A stretch of DNA of 55,995 bases from Verrucomicrobiota bacterium (GTDB lineage: Bacteria > Verrucomicrobiota > Verrucomicrobiia > Limisphaerales > Palsa-1400), in assembly GCA_049510745.1 (NCBI GenBank), contig JBEKYR010000035.1:1-55995 (forward strand). The letters run 5' to 3'. A program made the translations under genes and the position numbers. This document shows positions 19,269-28,503 of this stretch, piece by piece. The notes under the pieces were generated by a model. It saw nothing but the letters and a program-made list of their open reading frames with translations. It searched no databases and was not told where the DNA came from. Each line of letters begins with the position of its first letter. Position 1 is the first letter of the stretch.

Positions 19269-19903
19269 TTTTCAGAACGCGCTCCCTGCTTGAATTTCAA
19301 CGCCGCTTCCGTCCGCGAATGGACATGGAGCTTTTCGTAAATGTGCTGCAGGTGCCATTTCACCGCCGCCACGGTGACGCCCAGGCGGTCGGCAATCGCC
19401 TTGTTGCCCAACCCGTGCATGACCAGTTCCAACACTTCACGCTCGCGATCGGAAAGGCTCTCCACCTGCTGTGCGGTGGCCGCCTGGCCCCGAAACTGGC
19501 CGATGACCTTGCGCGCGATTTCCGGCGTCATCGGCACGCCGCCCTCGTGGGCCTCGCGCACGGCGGCCAGGACTTTTTCCGGCTGGGCGCGTTTCAAAAG
19601 GTAACCGCACGCGCCCGCCCGCAGCGCCTGAAAAATCCTCTCCGAATCTTCATAGACGGTGACGATGACAATGTGCAGGGCCGGGAGCAGTTCCTTGAGC
19701 TTGGCCGTGCATTCGACGCCCGTCGCGTCGGGCAGTTGAATGTCCATGAGGACCACGTCTGGTTGCGCCTTGGGAATTTTCTCCAACGCGTCCGCGACGG
19801 TGTCGCAAGCGCAAACGCACTGAAACCCCGCCGTGCGGTTGAGCAGCGTCTCGAAGCCTTCGCGCACGGTTTTGTTGTCCTCGACAATGCCGACTTTGAT
19901 CAC
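19265..19903 (-). CDS. NarL/FixJ-family response regulator (REC + LuxR HTH)
   Basis: IVEDN, VLMDIQLP, GYLLK, LSDREREVL...VKWHLQHIYEKLHVHSRTEA. Confidence 0.95.
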   Translation of the reverse strand: MIKVGIVEDNKTVREGFETLLNRTAGFQCVCACDTVADALEKIPKAQPDVVLMDIQLPDATGVECTAKLKELLPALHIVIVTVYEDSERIFQALRAGACGYLLKRAQPEKVLAAVREAHEGGVPMTPEIARKVIGQFRGQAATAQQVESLSDREREVLELVMHGLGNKAIADRLGVTVAAVKWHLQHIYEKLHVHSRTEAALKFKQGARSEN

Positions 19904-22047
19904 AGCAGTCTCTCAGGCAACGGCGCGGAAAAGCGAACCGTTGTTCCTGTTTTGGCGTCGCTGACAATGTCGCATCCGCCGCCAAGTGTTTTCAATCGCT
20001 CTTTCATGTTGACCAGGCCGTCGTTGCCGGCCTGCCGTTCGGACAAATTGAACCCGCGCCCGTTGTCGGCCACTTCCACCAGCAGGCGACGCTGGCGCAC
20101 GGTGATGCGCAACCAGACCTGCGTCGCGTGCGCGTGCCGGACGACATTGGTGAGCGCTTCTTTGAACGCGAAGAAAATTTCCTGCCGGAACTTCGGGTCC
20201 AGCGGATGCTCGGGCAACTCCTCCGCGATGTCCAGTCCACAGGCCACGCCGGCGAGGTCCAGCAATCGCTGCGCATACGAGCCGAAATAGCTGGCGAGCG
20301 AGGCGATCGTGTCGTTGCGAGGGTTCACCGCCCAGACAATTTCGTCCAGTGAAGTCACCATGCGCCGGGCTGTCTCGTTCAAGCCGTCAAGGTAACGCTG
20401 CTTTTCTTCGATGGAAGTCGCGGAACTTTTCACGAGCGAACTCAACATGTTGACTTCCGCGAGTCCCGCGCCAAGGTCGTCGTGCAAATCGTGAGCCACG
20501 CGGGCGCGTTCCTGCTCGATCTCCCGCCGCCGTTCGGCTCGCTGGCGTTGCTGGATTTGAATTTCCAATTGCTGCGTGCGTTCCGCAACCTGCCGACGCA
20601 ACACCGCCACCCAGCCGAAGGCCGCCACCGCCGCAAAGCCAAGCGCGCCGGCCATCCACAAGACTTTTTCCAGCGTCCACCATGGCGGCGCCTGTAGCAA
20701 AACCACATCCGCCGCCGAACGCAGTTCGATCCTAAATGTTTTTGCGCGCCAAGCTTCACCCGCCTCCCACTCGCCGGGGTCAATCTGGCAAACGCCCGTA
20801 ACGGCCACGCGGCTGCCGTTGGCCAGCCCGGCAAAGGCATCCTCGCCTTCGGCCTGTTTGAGGTAAGCGTGAAAAATGAAGCCGCCGTCCTGTAGAATCA
20901 AATGCCGTTCCGCCCCGTGCTGCGTGCGGTCCAGCACCCGCGCCGCGACCTGGATCAAGCGGCAATCATGGTTTCCTTTCAGCGCCTCGTCCGGCGTCAG
21001 CACCACCGGCTCCGGCGGTTGGCCGGAGGCAATTCTTCGATACGCGGCATCTTGCAACCGCGGCGTGTATTCGCCCCGGCTGACAAAGCCGAGCACTTCC
21101 ACTCGGTCGCCCAGTTGCAGCGGATCGCGCTGCTTGGTTTGCACCTCCACTGCTAGTTCGCCGTCCTGAAGAAAAATGGCCTCGCCGGGCGCGTAATAAA
21201 TCACCGTGCCCGCAACCTTTACGCGATGGCCGTAGGATTCCTGCGGTGCAAACTGTAGCAGACTGCCAATGGGACGCGTGGCGGCGGCATAGGGATCCTT
21301 CGGCGCCGGATTCTTGACTTCCAGATCCTCCGGTCGCGGCACCATGAGCCGGATGGCAAACAACTGCCGTTTGTGGTTGAACTTGGTTGAGCAGACGCCG
21401 CGCACCTGCACGGTGTTGTCCAAAAGTTCGTCGGTTCGTTTCACGGGCAGTTCCTTGGCGAAAACGAGCAGCCGCCCGCCGCCGGTGGCGATTTCAATCT
21501 GGTAATACGGCGGATTCTCCAGCAGCCGGGCCGAACGCACGATGCCGGTGATCTCGATGAACTGGCTGTCTTCCCCGCCGCTGGCCAGTTGTTCGTAGGT
21601 CGCCACCGCTGGCGGCGGCAACGGAGCTTCACCCACGACCTGCACCCGGTCCACCACCACCACGGGCGCATATTCGCCGGGGCTGCAGGCGCCGGTGACC
21701 TCGACCAACTGGCCCGGCATAAGAGGCGGAGGTCCGATGTTTGCCGGGAATTGCAGATAGATGCCAGCGGTGTCGTCTTGAATGAAACGGGAGTAAAGCC
21801 GCTCGTCGAAAAAAGTGACCACGCCCCGCAAATGCACGGGAATTCTCTGCTCGGTTTGGGCGACGGTCAATTTGCGTATCGCCTCCACCGTGCGGAGTTC
21901 TTCGGCGGAAGTTTGCTCTCCAAATCCTGGGAGAAACATGCCCAGACAAAATGCAAAAATAATCAGCCTCTCATCGCATCGCGGTTCCGATGCGAGCAAA
22001 GAATATGTCGTGGGTCTCATTGCCATCTTCGCAAACACGGCGGGCAA
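19900..22047 (-). CDS. Sensor histidine kinase (HisKA_3) with large periplasmic OB-fold-like repeat region
   Basis: ERARVAHDLHDDLG, VWAVNPRND, EALTNVVRHA, DNGRGF and GLVNMKER; TM helix after PPWWT. Start position uncertain. Confidence 0.92.
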   Translation of the reverse strand: MPAVFAKMAMRPTTYSLLASEPRCDERLIIFAFCLGMFLPGFGEQTSAEELRTVEAIRKLTVAQTEQRIPVHLRGVVTFFDERLYSRFIQDDTAGIYLQFPANIGPPPLMPGQLVEVTGACSPGEYAPVVVVDRVQVVGEAPLPPPAVATYEQLASGGEDSQFIEITGIVRSARLLENPPYYQIEIATGGGRLLVFAKELPVKRTDELLDNTVQVRGVCSTKFNHKRQLFAIRLMVPRPEDLEVKNPAPKDPYAAATRPIGSLLQFAPQESYGHRVKVAGTVIYYAPGEAIFLQDGELAVEVQTKQRDPLQLGDRVEVLGFVSRGEYTPRLQDAAYRRIASGQPPEPVVLTPDEALKGNHDCRLIQVAARVLDRTQHGAERHLILQDGGFIFHAYLKQAEGEDAFAGLANGSRVAVTGVCQIDPGEWEAGEAWRAKTFRIELRSAADVVLLQAPPWWTLEKVLWMAGALGFAAVAAFGWVAVLRRQVAERTQQLEIQIQQRQRAERRREIEQERARVAHDLHDDLGAGLAEVNMLSSLVKSSATSIEEKQRYLDGLNETARRMVTSLDEIVWAVNPRNDTIASLASYFGSYAQRLLDLAGVACGLDIAEELPEHPLDPKFRQEIFFAFKEALTNVVRHAHATQVWLRITVRQRRLLVEVADNGRGFNLSERQAGNDGLVNMKERLKTLGGGCDIVSDAKTGTTVRFSAPLPERLL

Positions 22048-22547
22048 CCGCCCTGTTTCACACGTTCAGGCTCGCCCTGCTTTTGTCGCAACCAACCGCA
22101 ATTGTCAATCACCATCAGCGTGCAACCGGGATGCAGCGTGATGCCCTTGCTCCCCAAGCCATTGCAGCGCTGCTTGAACTCCGTGGCCCTGTCAGCCTCG
22201 CGGATTTCACCCGCCAGGATGACGTTGGTCTGGTGGTTGCCAAGCATAATGTTTTCAGCCCAGCGAAAATCCCGCAGCCCCTCCCTGCCGTCTTTTCCCA
22301 GCAGGCGCTGGGAACGGTTGAAAGACAGCAGATGAACCGTTTCCTCCCAGGCGGTGGGTTGGCGGCCATCCTTGAGGGTCAGGACGTATCTCCAATTAAA
22401 CAGCAGGCATCATCAGAGAGATAAATCGGACACTGCGAGGCTGGTTTGAATACTTCAAGAACAACGTCAAAAACGTGTTCAAGATATGACTGAAAAAGAA
22501 ACTCTTTGAAATGGCAAGCGCGCGAGGTTAAGCTTGTTAACATAAAA

Positions 22548-22874
22548 ATGACGCTGCTCCAAAAACGCGATTCGACTCGCCGTCGCCGCCGGCTCAAAGC
22601 GCTGGCCGACGCGCGCCGCAACTTGCGGTCCGCCCTGGCCCGTTTGATTCCGGGCAGCCGCGTGATTCTTTTCGGTTCGCTCACCAAGCCGGGCGTTTTC
22701 AATGACCGCTCCGATGTGGATTTGGCCCTGGAAGCCGAGCCTGCGGGGATCAGTCTTTACCAGTTAGCCGGGCGGCTGGAGGAAGAAATGGGACGGCCCG
22801 TGGATGTTGTCCTGTTGTCGGAATGCCGGTTCCGGCAGAAAATTCTTCGGGAAGGCGAGGCATGGACAGCATAG
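22548..22874 (+). CDS. Minimal nucleotidyltransferase (MNT) antitoxin
   Basis: LFGSL...RSDVDLA...PVDVV; overlaps the downstream HEPN gene. Confidence 0.85.
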   Translation: MTLLQKRDSTRRRRRLKALADARRNLRSALARLIPGSRVILFGSLTKPGVFNDRSDVDLALEAEPAGISLYQLAGRLEEEMGRPVDVVLLSECRFRQKILREGEAWTA

Positions 22875-23338
22875 CTCTGCAAACCCTGCGCGATGAAATG
22901 CTGGATGACTGCCGCATGATGCAGGAGGCTTTTCAAAAGGCTTTGCTCCGCTTTGATCGTCGTGAAGAGGTTGCCTACGAAGGGTGCGCGCATCAGTTGT
23001 GCCGTTTTTACAACGTTTTTGAGCAGATGAGTCTGCGGGTGGCCAAGGCCTTTGAAAACAATGTTGATGACGAACAAGGCTGGCACACGTCGCTGCTGAA
23101 CCGGCTGGCGATCCAGATTGAGGGCATCCGACCGGCTTTGATTCCACCGGAATTGAAGCCGCCATTGCGGGAGTTGAAGGCGTTTCGCCACGTTTTCGTT
23201 CACGCTTACGACCTGCAACTGGACCCCGCCAAGCTTGAACTCCTCTTGAAATATGCGCGCAGCGTGGCGAACCATCTTCCCGCCCTTGCGGAGGATTTCA
23301 TCAGCAAGGCAGCCAGGGAACAACAGATTGAACTGTAG
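22862..23338 (+). CDS. HEPN/HepT-like ribonuclease toxin
   Basis: Helical protein with FRHVFVHAY (R-x4-H-x-Y), paired with MNT. Confidence 0.82.
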   Translation: MDSIALQTLRDEMLDDCRMMQEAFQKALLRFDRREEVAYEGCAHQLCRFYNVFEQMSLRVAKAFENNVDDEQGWHTSLLNRLAIQIEGIRPALIPPELKPPLRELKAFRHVFVHAYDLQLDPAKLELLLKYARSVANHLPALAEDFISKAAREQQIEL

Positions 23339-23359
23339 GGCAGGCTGAGGACCGGATTG

Positions 23360-23391
23360 CCCGCCGCGACTTGTCGTTGCGACGGGTTTTT
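23360..23391 (+). terminator. Intrinsic terminator after the TA pair
   Basis: CCCGCCGCGAC / GTTGCGACGGG stem followed by TTTTT. Confidence 0.6.
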
Positions 23392-23482
23392 CCATTTACC
23401 CAAATCGCAGGAACTAATTGCAGCCGGAATTTGCCGGGCCTTGACAAACGGGCCTGGGTCTGCTCTAGTAAGCGCAGTTGAA

Positions 23483-23593
23483 ATGAATAACGTCATTAAA
23501 GTCCAGACTAGTCTGCGCGCTTGTGGCTGCTGGCATGCCATCGCCATGCGCGGCGGCTCCCGGTTCTCCGGCATCGTGGATTCAGTTTTCTGA
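23483..23593 (+). CDS. Putative 36-aa leader peptide MNNVIKVQTSLRACGCWHAIAMRGGSRFSGIVDSVF
   Basis: Lies between a TTGACA (23441) promoter-like site and a strong terminator; its 3' end is complementary to the terminator's 5' arm. Confidence 0.5.
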   Translation: MNNVIKVQTSLRACGCWHAIAMRGGSRFSGIVDSVF

Positions 23594-23613
23594 AAGAATG
23601 GAAATCCCTTTTG

Positions 23614-23654
23614 AAACCCACGATTGCCAGTCAATCGTGGGTTTTTCGCTTTTT
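23614..23654 (+). terminator. Strong intrinsic terminator/attenuator hairpin upstream of the 23695 gene
   Basis: Perfect 13-bp stem AAACCCACGATTG-CCAGT-CAATCGTGGGTTT, then TTCGCTTTTT. Confidence 0.8.
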
Positions 23655-23694
23655 AACAACGCGGTGAAATCAACGTGAATTTTGAGAGGAACGC

Positions 23695-24042
23695 ATGAAA
23701 GACAGAAATAGACAGGTCAAGACGCGGTTCGGCCCGGAAACCCGGTTCGAGATCGCCCCGATTCCGTCGGTGCCCTTTCGCGGCACGCTGGAGTGCGAGT
23801 TGGACCACCTGAAGGCGCGTCTGCTCCGGCAGATGCTCGAGCAGGCCGGCGACCCGGAGTTCAACGCCCCGCTGCGGCGGGCGGCCAACGAGGCCGCCAG
23901 CCTGGCGTGGTTCACTCCCTTTCCGCTGCTGGTCTTCCCGGTTTTGCTGGAGGAAAAGGCGGAGGCCGTGCAACGCCAGATGGCCCTGCAACGGGAGATT
24001 CGGCAACGCAGCCAGGGTCTGCTCAGAACGGCGGCCGCATGA
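23695..24042 (+). CDS. Hypothetical helical protein
   Basis: GAGAGG-type RBS, high-GC3 codon use, RFGPETRF...AANEAASLAWFTPFPLLVFPVLLEEKA. Confidence 0.7.
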   Translation: MKDRNRQVKTRFGPETRFEIAPIPSVPFRGTLECELDHLKARLLRQMLEQAGDPEFNAPLRRAANEAASLAWFTPFPLLVFPVLLEEKAEAVQRQMALQREIRQRSQGLLRTAAA

Positions 24043-24180
24043 GCTTGAGCTTTGCATGGGTGGGGACAAGTTCCGCGCGGCGGCGAATGCATCGCCGCCG
24101 CGCGTGGAACAGGGCCGCGGAATCCGCTCGTCAATCGTAAATCGAAAATCGTAAATTAAGAGGACATTGAACGTTGAACC

Positions 24181-25434
24181 TTGAACTACGTGCCCACCCC
24201 ATGGATGGTTCTGCCCTTCGGGCTGTTGCTGGCCTGCATGGCGGTGCTGCCCCTGCACTGGCCGCAATGGTGGGAACGACATTACCCCAAAGTCACCCTG
24301 GCTCTCGCCGCCCTCACGCTGGCTTATTATCTGTTCGGGTTGCCGCCCGCGGCCTTGTCCACCATCGACCGCACGGCGCGGGACTACGCCGGGTTTATTG
24401 TCCTGATCGGTTCGCTTTACATTGTCTCCGGCGGCATCCACATCCAGGTCAAGGGGGAAGGCTCACCCGGGTTGAACACCCTTTTCCTGGCACTCGGAGG
24501 CCTGGTCTCCAATCTCCTTGGGACGACCGGCGCTTCCGTGCTGCTGATTCGTCCGTGGCTGCGCCTGAACCGGCAGCGGGCGGCGGTGCATCACATCGTT
24601 TTTTTCATCTTCATCGTTTCCAACGTCGGCGGCTGCCTGACGCCCATCGGGGATCCGCCGCTGCTGGTCGGTTTTTTAAAAGGTGTTCCGTTTTGGTGGG
24701 TGCTGCAACATTGCTGGCCGATGTGGCTCTTGAGCATGGCCTTTTTGCTGGCCGTGTTTTACTTCATCGACCGCCGCCACGAGGCGGGGGCGACGCGCGC
24801 GCCCGCCGAGACGGAACCCCGATGGCGTTTTGACGGGTTGTGGAACCTTGCGTTTCTGGCCATCGTGGTCGCGGCGGTTTTCGTGCGGCGGGGGCGCTTT
24901 CTGGGCGAAGGCCTGATGGCCGCCGCCGCCGCCGCCTCGTTCCTTACCACTGGCCGCGAAGTGCATGAGGCCAACGAGTTCAGCTTCCGGCCAATGACTG
25001 AAATCGCGGTTTTGTTTTTCGGCATCTTTGCCACGATGATGCCGGCGCTGGACCTTTTGCGCGAGGACGCCCGCCAACTTTTCGGCCCCAACCTTGCCCC
25101 GTCACTGGTCTATTGGGGCTCCGGAACGCTGTCGGCTTTCCTGGATAGCGCGCCGGCTTATCTGGCGTTTTTCAGCGCCATGACCGGCTATGGAGTCCAC
25201 GGGGCGTCTGCCGCCGCGCGGAATTTCGACGGCGTAATCGTGGCGGCGTTGAGCGTGGCCACGGTGCTGTTCGGCGCCGTGACCTACATCGGCAACGGCC
25301 CCAACCTGATGGTCAAATCCATCGCCGATCATCAAAAGGTGCCGACGCCCACCTTTGTTGCCTACTTGTTTAAATGGGCTGTGCCCATCATGCTGCCTCT
25401 GTTACTAATGCTCTGGATTGTTTTTTTCAGGTAG
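24181..25434 (+). CDS. Putative sodium:proton antiporter (IT superfamily)
   Basis: Multi-TM; GTTGAS, SNVGGCLTPIGDPPL, SAFLDSAP and TYIGNGPN motifs. Confidence 0.85.
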   Translation: MNYVPTPWMVLPFGLLLACMAVLPLHWPQWWERHYPKVTLALAALTLAYYLFGLPPAALSTIDRTARDYAGFIVLIGSLYIVSGGIHIQVKGEGSPGLNTLFLALGGLVSNLLGTTGASVLLIRPWLRLNRQRAAVHHIVFFIFIVSNVGGCLTPIGDPPLLVGFLKGVPFWWVLQHCWPMWLLSMAFLLAVFYFIDRRHEAGATRAPAETEPRWRFDGLWNLAFLAIVVAAVFVRRGRFLGEGLMAAAAAASFLTTGREVHEANEFSFRPMTEIAVLFFGIFATMMPALDLLREDARQLFGPNLAPSLVYWGSGTLSAFLDSAPAYLAFFSAMTGYGVHGASAAARNFDGVIVAALSVATVLFGAVTYIGNGPNLMVKSIADHQKVPTPTFVAYLFKWAVPIMLPLLLMLWIVFFR

Positions 25435-25437
25435 CAG

Positions 25438-26742
25438 ATGCGATTTGCTTACAACATTTTGTTTGTCATTTTTTTCTGGCTCAGCGCGCCATGGTATTTT
25501 CTGAAGATGTGGCGGCGCGGCCACTGGCGGGCCGGCTTTGGGCAGCGCTTCGGCCGCTACGGGCCGGAAATCAAAGCCGCCCTCGGCGCGCGTCCGGTTT
25601 TGTGGCTTCACGCGGTCAGCGTCGGCGAGGTCGGCGTCTGCCTCCAATTGATTGGCGCGTTGGAACCGCGTCTGCCCGCCTTTCAGATCGTCGTGTCCAC
25701 CACGACCTCGACCGGGATGGGCGAATTGCGGCGCCGGTTGCCGCCGCACGTCCAGCGGATTTATTATCCGGTCGATTTCCCCGGCGCGGTGCGGCGGGCG
25801 CTGGACACGTTGCGTCCCCGCGCGCTGATCCTGGTCGAGGCGGAGCTGTGGCCCAATCTTCTCTGGCAGGCGCTGGACCGCCGCCTGCCGCTCTTTCTGG
25901 TCAACGCGCGCTTTTCCGAGCGCTCCTTCCGCAATTATCGCCGCTGCGCCTTTCTGTTCCGGCCCATTTTTTCCAAATTCCGCGCCGCCGGCTGCCAGGA
26001 GGCGGGCGATGCCGCGCGGCTGGTTGAACTGGGTTTTCCAGCCGACGCCGTGCGGTTGGTGGGAAATCTCAAGTTCGACGCCGCCCAACCCGACCGGCGT
26101 CCCGGCCTGGACGTGGCGGCGCTCCTGCGCCAAATCGGAGTCAATGATGACGCCAAAATCCTCGTCGCCGGCAGCACCCACGCCGGGGAGGAGGCGATTC
26201 TGGCCGGGATGCTCCCGCGCCTGCGCCGTCGTTGTCCCGAATTGTTCCTCATCCTGGTCCCGCGCCATTTCGAGCGGGCCAAGGAAGTGGGCCAGGAACT
26301 GGAAGCGCGCGGGGTTCCTTTCGTCTATCGCAGCGAAATCGCCGCCGGCCCGCCCCGCGCATCCGGTCGGCCGGATTGTCTGCTGGTCAACAGCACCGGC
26401 GAGCTGAGATTCTTTTACGAACGCGCCTCGGTCGTCTTCGTGGGCAAGAGTTTGACGGCGGCAGGCGGACAGAATCCGATCGAGCCGGCCGCGTTGGGCA
26501 AGGCGATCGTGTTCGGCCCGAACATGCAGAATTTCACTTCGGTCGTCCGGGCTTTTCTCGCCGGCCAGGCCGCCTTCCAGGTGCGGGACGCCGCGGAGTT
26601 GGAATCGACCCTTGCCGGCCTGCTGGCCGACGACGCCCGCCGGGCGGAAGCCGGCGCCCGCGCCTTGCGTGTCGTCCGGGAGAACCTGGGCGCGACCGAC
26701 CGCACCGTGCAATTCATCATCGAACGGTTGAGGGTGGCTTAA
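25438..26742 (+). CDS. waaA: 3-deoxy-D-manno-octulosonic acid (Kdo) transferase
   Basis: WLHAVSVGE, EAELWPN, GNLKFD, AGSTHAGEE, VPRHFER and GGQNPIEPA. Confidence 0.95.
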   Translation: MRFAYNILFVIFFWLSAPWYFLKMWRRGHWRAGFGQRFGRYGPEIKAALGARPVLWLHAVSVGEVGVCLQLIGALEPRLPAFQIVVSTTTSTGMGELRRRLPPHVQRIYYPVDFPGAVRRALDTLRPRALILVEAELWPNLLWQALDRRLPLFLVNARFSERSFRNYRRCAFLFRPIFSKFRAAGCQEAGDAARLVELGFPADAVRLVGNLKFDAAQPDRRPGLDVAALLRQIGVNDDAKILVAGSTHAGEEAILAGMLPRLRRRCPELFLILVPRHFERAKEVGQELEARGVPFVYRSEIAAGPPRASGRPDCLLVNSTGELRFFYERASVVFVGKSLTAAGGQNPIEPAALGKAIVFGPNMQNFTSVVRAFLAGQAAFQVRDAAELESTLAGLLADDARRAEAGARALRVVRENLGATDRTVQFIIERLRVA

Positions 26743-26850
26743 GGAGGCGGGGGTGCAAAAAAAGACTTGGCGGGGCGCTGGCGGTCTGGTATGACCCGTC
26801 ATGTCCTCGAACAAGCACAATTAGCAGTGCGACACGAACGAATTAAAACT

Positions 26851-27270
26851 ATGAAGTCACTTACAAAACTCTGCCTGATTCTGATCGCGGGCACCGCCCT
26901 CGCCACTTTGCCGGCGAACGCTCAAAACGCTTCGACCAACGCGTCCACCAACGCCGCTCCGGCGGCGCCCCAAAGACCGCGCGCCCCGCGTTTCGGCGGC
27001 AAGATTTCCGCCGTTGATGCCGCCAACATGACCCTCACCCTGGCCGGAAGGGCGGGTGCGGCTGATACGAAAGTCAAGATCACGTCCAGCACCAAGATCA
27101 CCAAAGACCGCGAGCCCGCCACCTTTGCCGACGCCACCGTAGGCTTGACTGTGTCCGGCACGGGCAAGAAAGCCGAAGACGGCAGTTGGGAAGCGGCCAC
27201 ACTGGCCATCAGGAGCGCAGCGCCCAAACCCGCCGCTCCCGCCCCGCCCCCGCCTTCGGGCCAGAAGTAA
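26851..27270 (+). CDS. Small secreted beta-rich protein (DUF5666-like)
   Basis: Signal peptide MKSLTKLCLILIAGTALATLPANA, followed by GKISAVD...TKITKD...VSGTG. Confidence 0.65.
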   Translation: MKSLTKLCLILIAGTALATLPANAQNASTNASTNAAPAAPQRPRAPRFGGKISAVDAANMTLTLAGRAGAADTKVKITSSTKITKDREPATFADATVGLTVSGTGKKAEDGSWEAATLAIRSAAPKPAAPAPPPPSGQK

Positions 27271-27384
27271 CGGCTGCGGGCCGAAATTCGATTTGATGAT
27301 TCAGGCGGAAAGCACGCCGCGGTGGTGTGTTTTCCGCTTCGTTGCTTTTGCGGGCGCCCACTCTCCCGCGGCGGCGGGGCGGCG

Positions 27385-28392
27385 CTATATCCACCAGCTT
27401 TTTGCGGGCGGGGCCTGGGTGGTCTCACTAAACCGCTGCACCATCAACTGCGAGCGCGCCGCTTCCAGCGCCATCTGCATGTCGTCGTAAGTCGCGAATC
27501 GGTCGGCCGGGCGTTTGGCCATGGCTTTGACCAGGGCGTCGCTGGTCGCCTGGGTGATGGCAGGCACCACCAGGTTTGGGGGCGTCAACGGCGTATGCAC
27601 GTGCGCCGCCACCACTTCTTCGACCGTCGCCGCCTCGAAGGGGACGTGGCCGGTCAAGGCGTGATAAAGGGTTCCCCCCAGGCTGTACATGTCGGAATGG
27701 AAGTCCTCCCCTTTGCGCTCGATCTTCTCCGGGGCGACGTAATAGACCGTTCCCCAAACGTGTTCCTCCCAAGTATAGTCGGTCTCGGCGGAGCGGACGA
27801 GGCCGAAATCGATGAGCTTCGGCTCGCCCTCGGCGTTGTAAAGAATATTTCCAGGCTTGATATCACGATGGAGCAGGTTGTGCTTCAAGGCCGAGGCCAG
27901 GGCCGAGGCCATTTTGAACCCGACGTCCAGCACGTGCAACTCATCGACGGCGCCTTCCTGTTCAATGCGGCGGTCGAGGCTGCCGTGGTTGGCCAGTTCC
28001 ATGACGAGGTAGGGCCGGCCTTCCCATTCGTCGAAGCTGTAAATGTGGATGATGTTGGTGTGATTGAGCGAGGCCCCGGCCTGGGCCTCGCGATAAAAAC
28101 TTTGCGTGGCCTGCGGATCGGCGGCCATTTCCCGCTTCATCATCTTCAAAGCGACCTCTCGTTGCAGCTTGTTGTCCAGCGCCGTATAAACGGTTCCCAT
28201 GCCGCCGGAGGCGATGATGGTGCGCAATTCAAAATTGCGGAGCATCACGGGGAGCATGACCGGGTGGCCGCATTTCTTGCACTCCTCGGTGGCAAATGGG
28301 GTCAAGTCGCCCGAGATGAACGTCTTGGCCTGGCACCGCCCGCAAGTGACCATTCTCAGGGGCTTGCTGGCTGCTATGTGACCGTTGCTCAC
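27385..28392 (-). CDS. Ser/Thr protein kinase with N-terminal zinc ribbon
   Basis: CGRC...CKKC, GGMGTVY, VALK, HRDIKPGN, DFG and APE. Confidence 0.92.
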   Translation of the reverse strand: MSNGHIAASKPLRMVTCGRCQAKTFISGDLTPFATEECKKCGHPVMLPVMLRNFELRTIIASGGMGTVYTALDNKLQREVALKMMKREMAADPQATQSFYREAQAGASLNHTNIIHIYSFDEWEGRPYLVMELANHGSLDRRIEQEGAVDELHVLDVGFKMASALASALKHNLLHRDIKPGNILYNAEGEPKLIDFGLVRSAETDYTWEEHVWGTVYYVAPEKIERKGEDFHSDMYSLGGTLYHALTGHVPFEAATVEEVVAAHVHTPLTPPNLVVPAITQATSDALVKAMAKRPADRFATYDDMQMALEAARSQLMVQRFSETTQAPPAKSWWI

Positions 28393-28503
28393 GGCCTGAA
28401 TTTACCACGGATTGCGGCTGGAACAAGCTTTGACCTTGAAAAGCGGTTGACAAGGCACGAAAATGAGGTTTAATTAAACATTAGTATTATTAGTAAGTCA
28501 CTT

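Noticed and set aside
22087..22095. CGCAACCAA matching the tRNA 3' end as a possible attR
   Set aside because: Only 9 bp, and the same 9-mer also occurs near position 45, so it is not significant.
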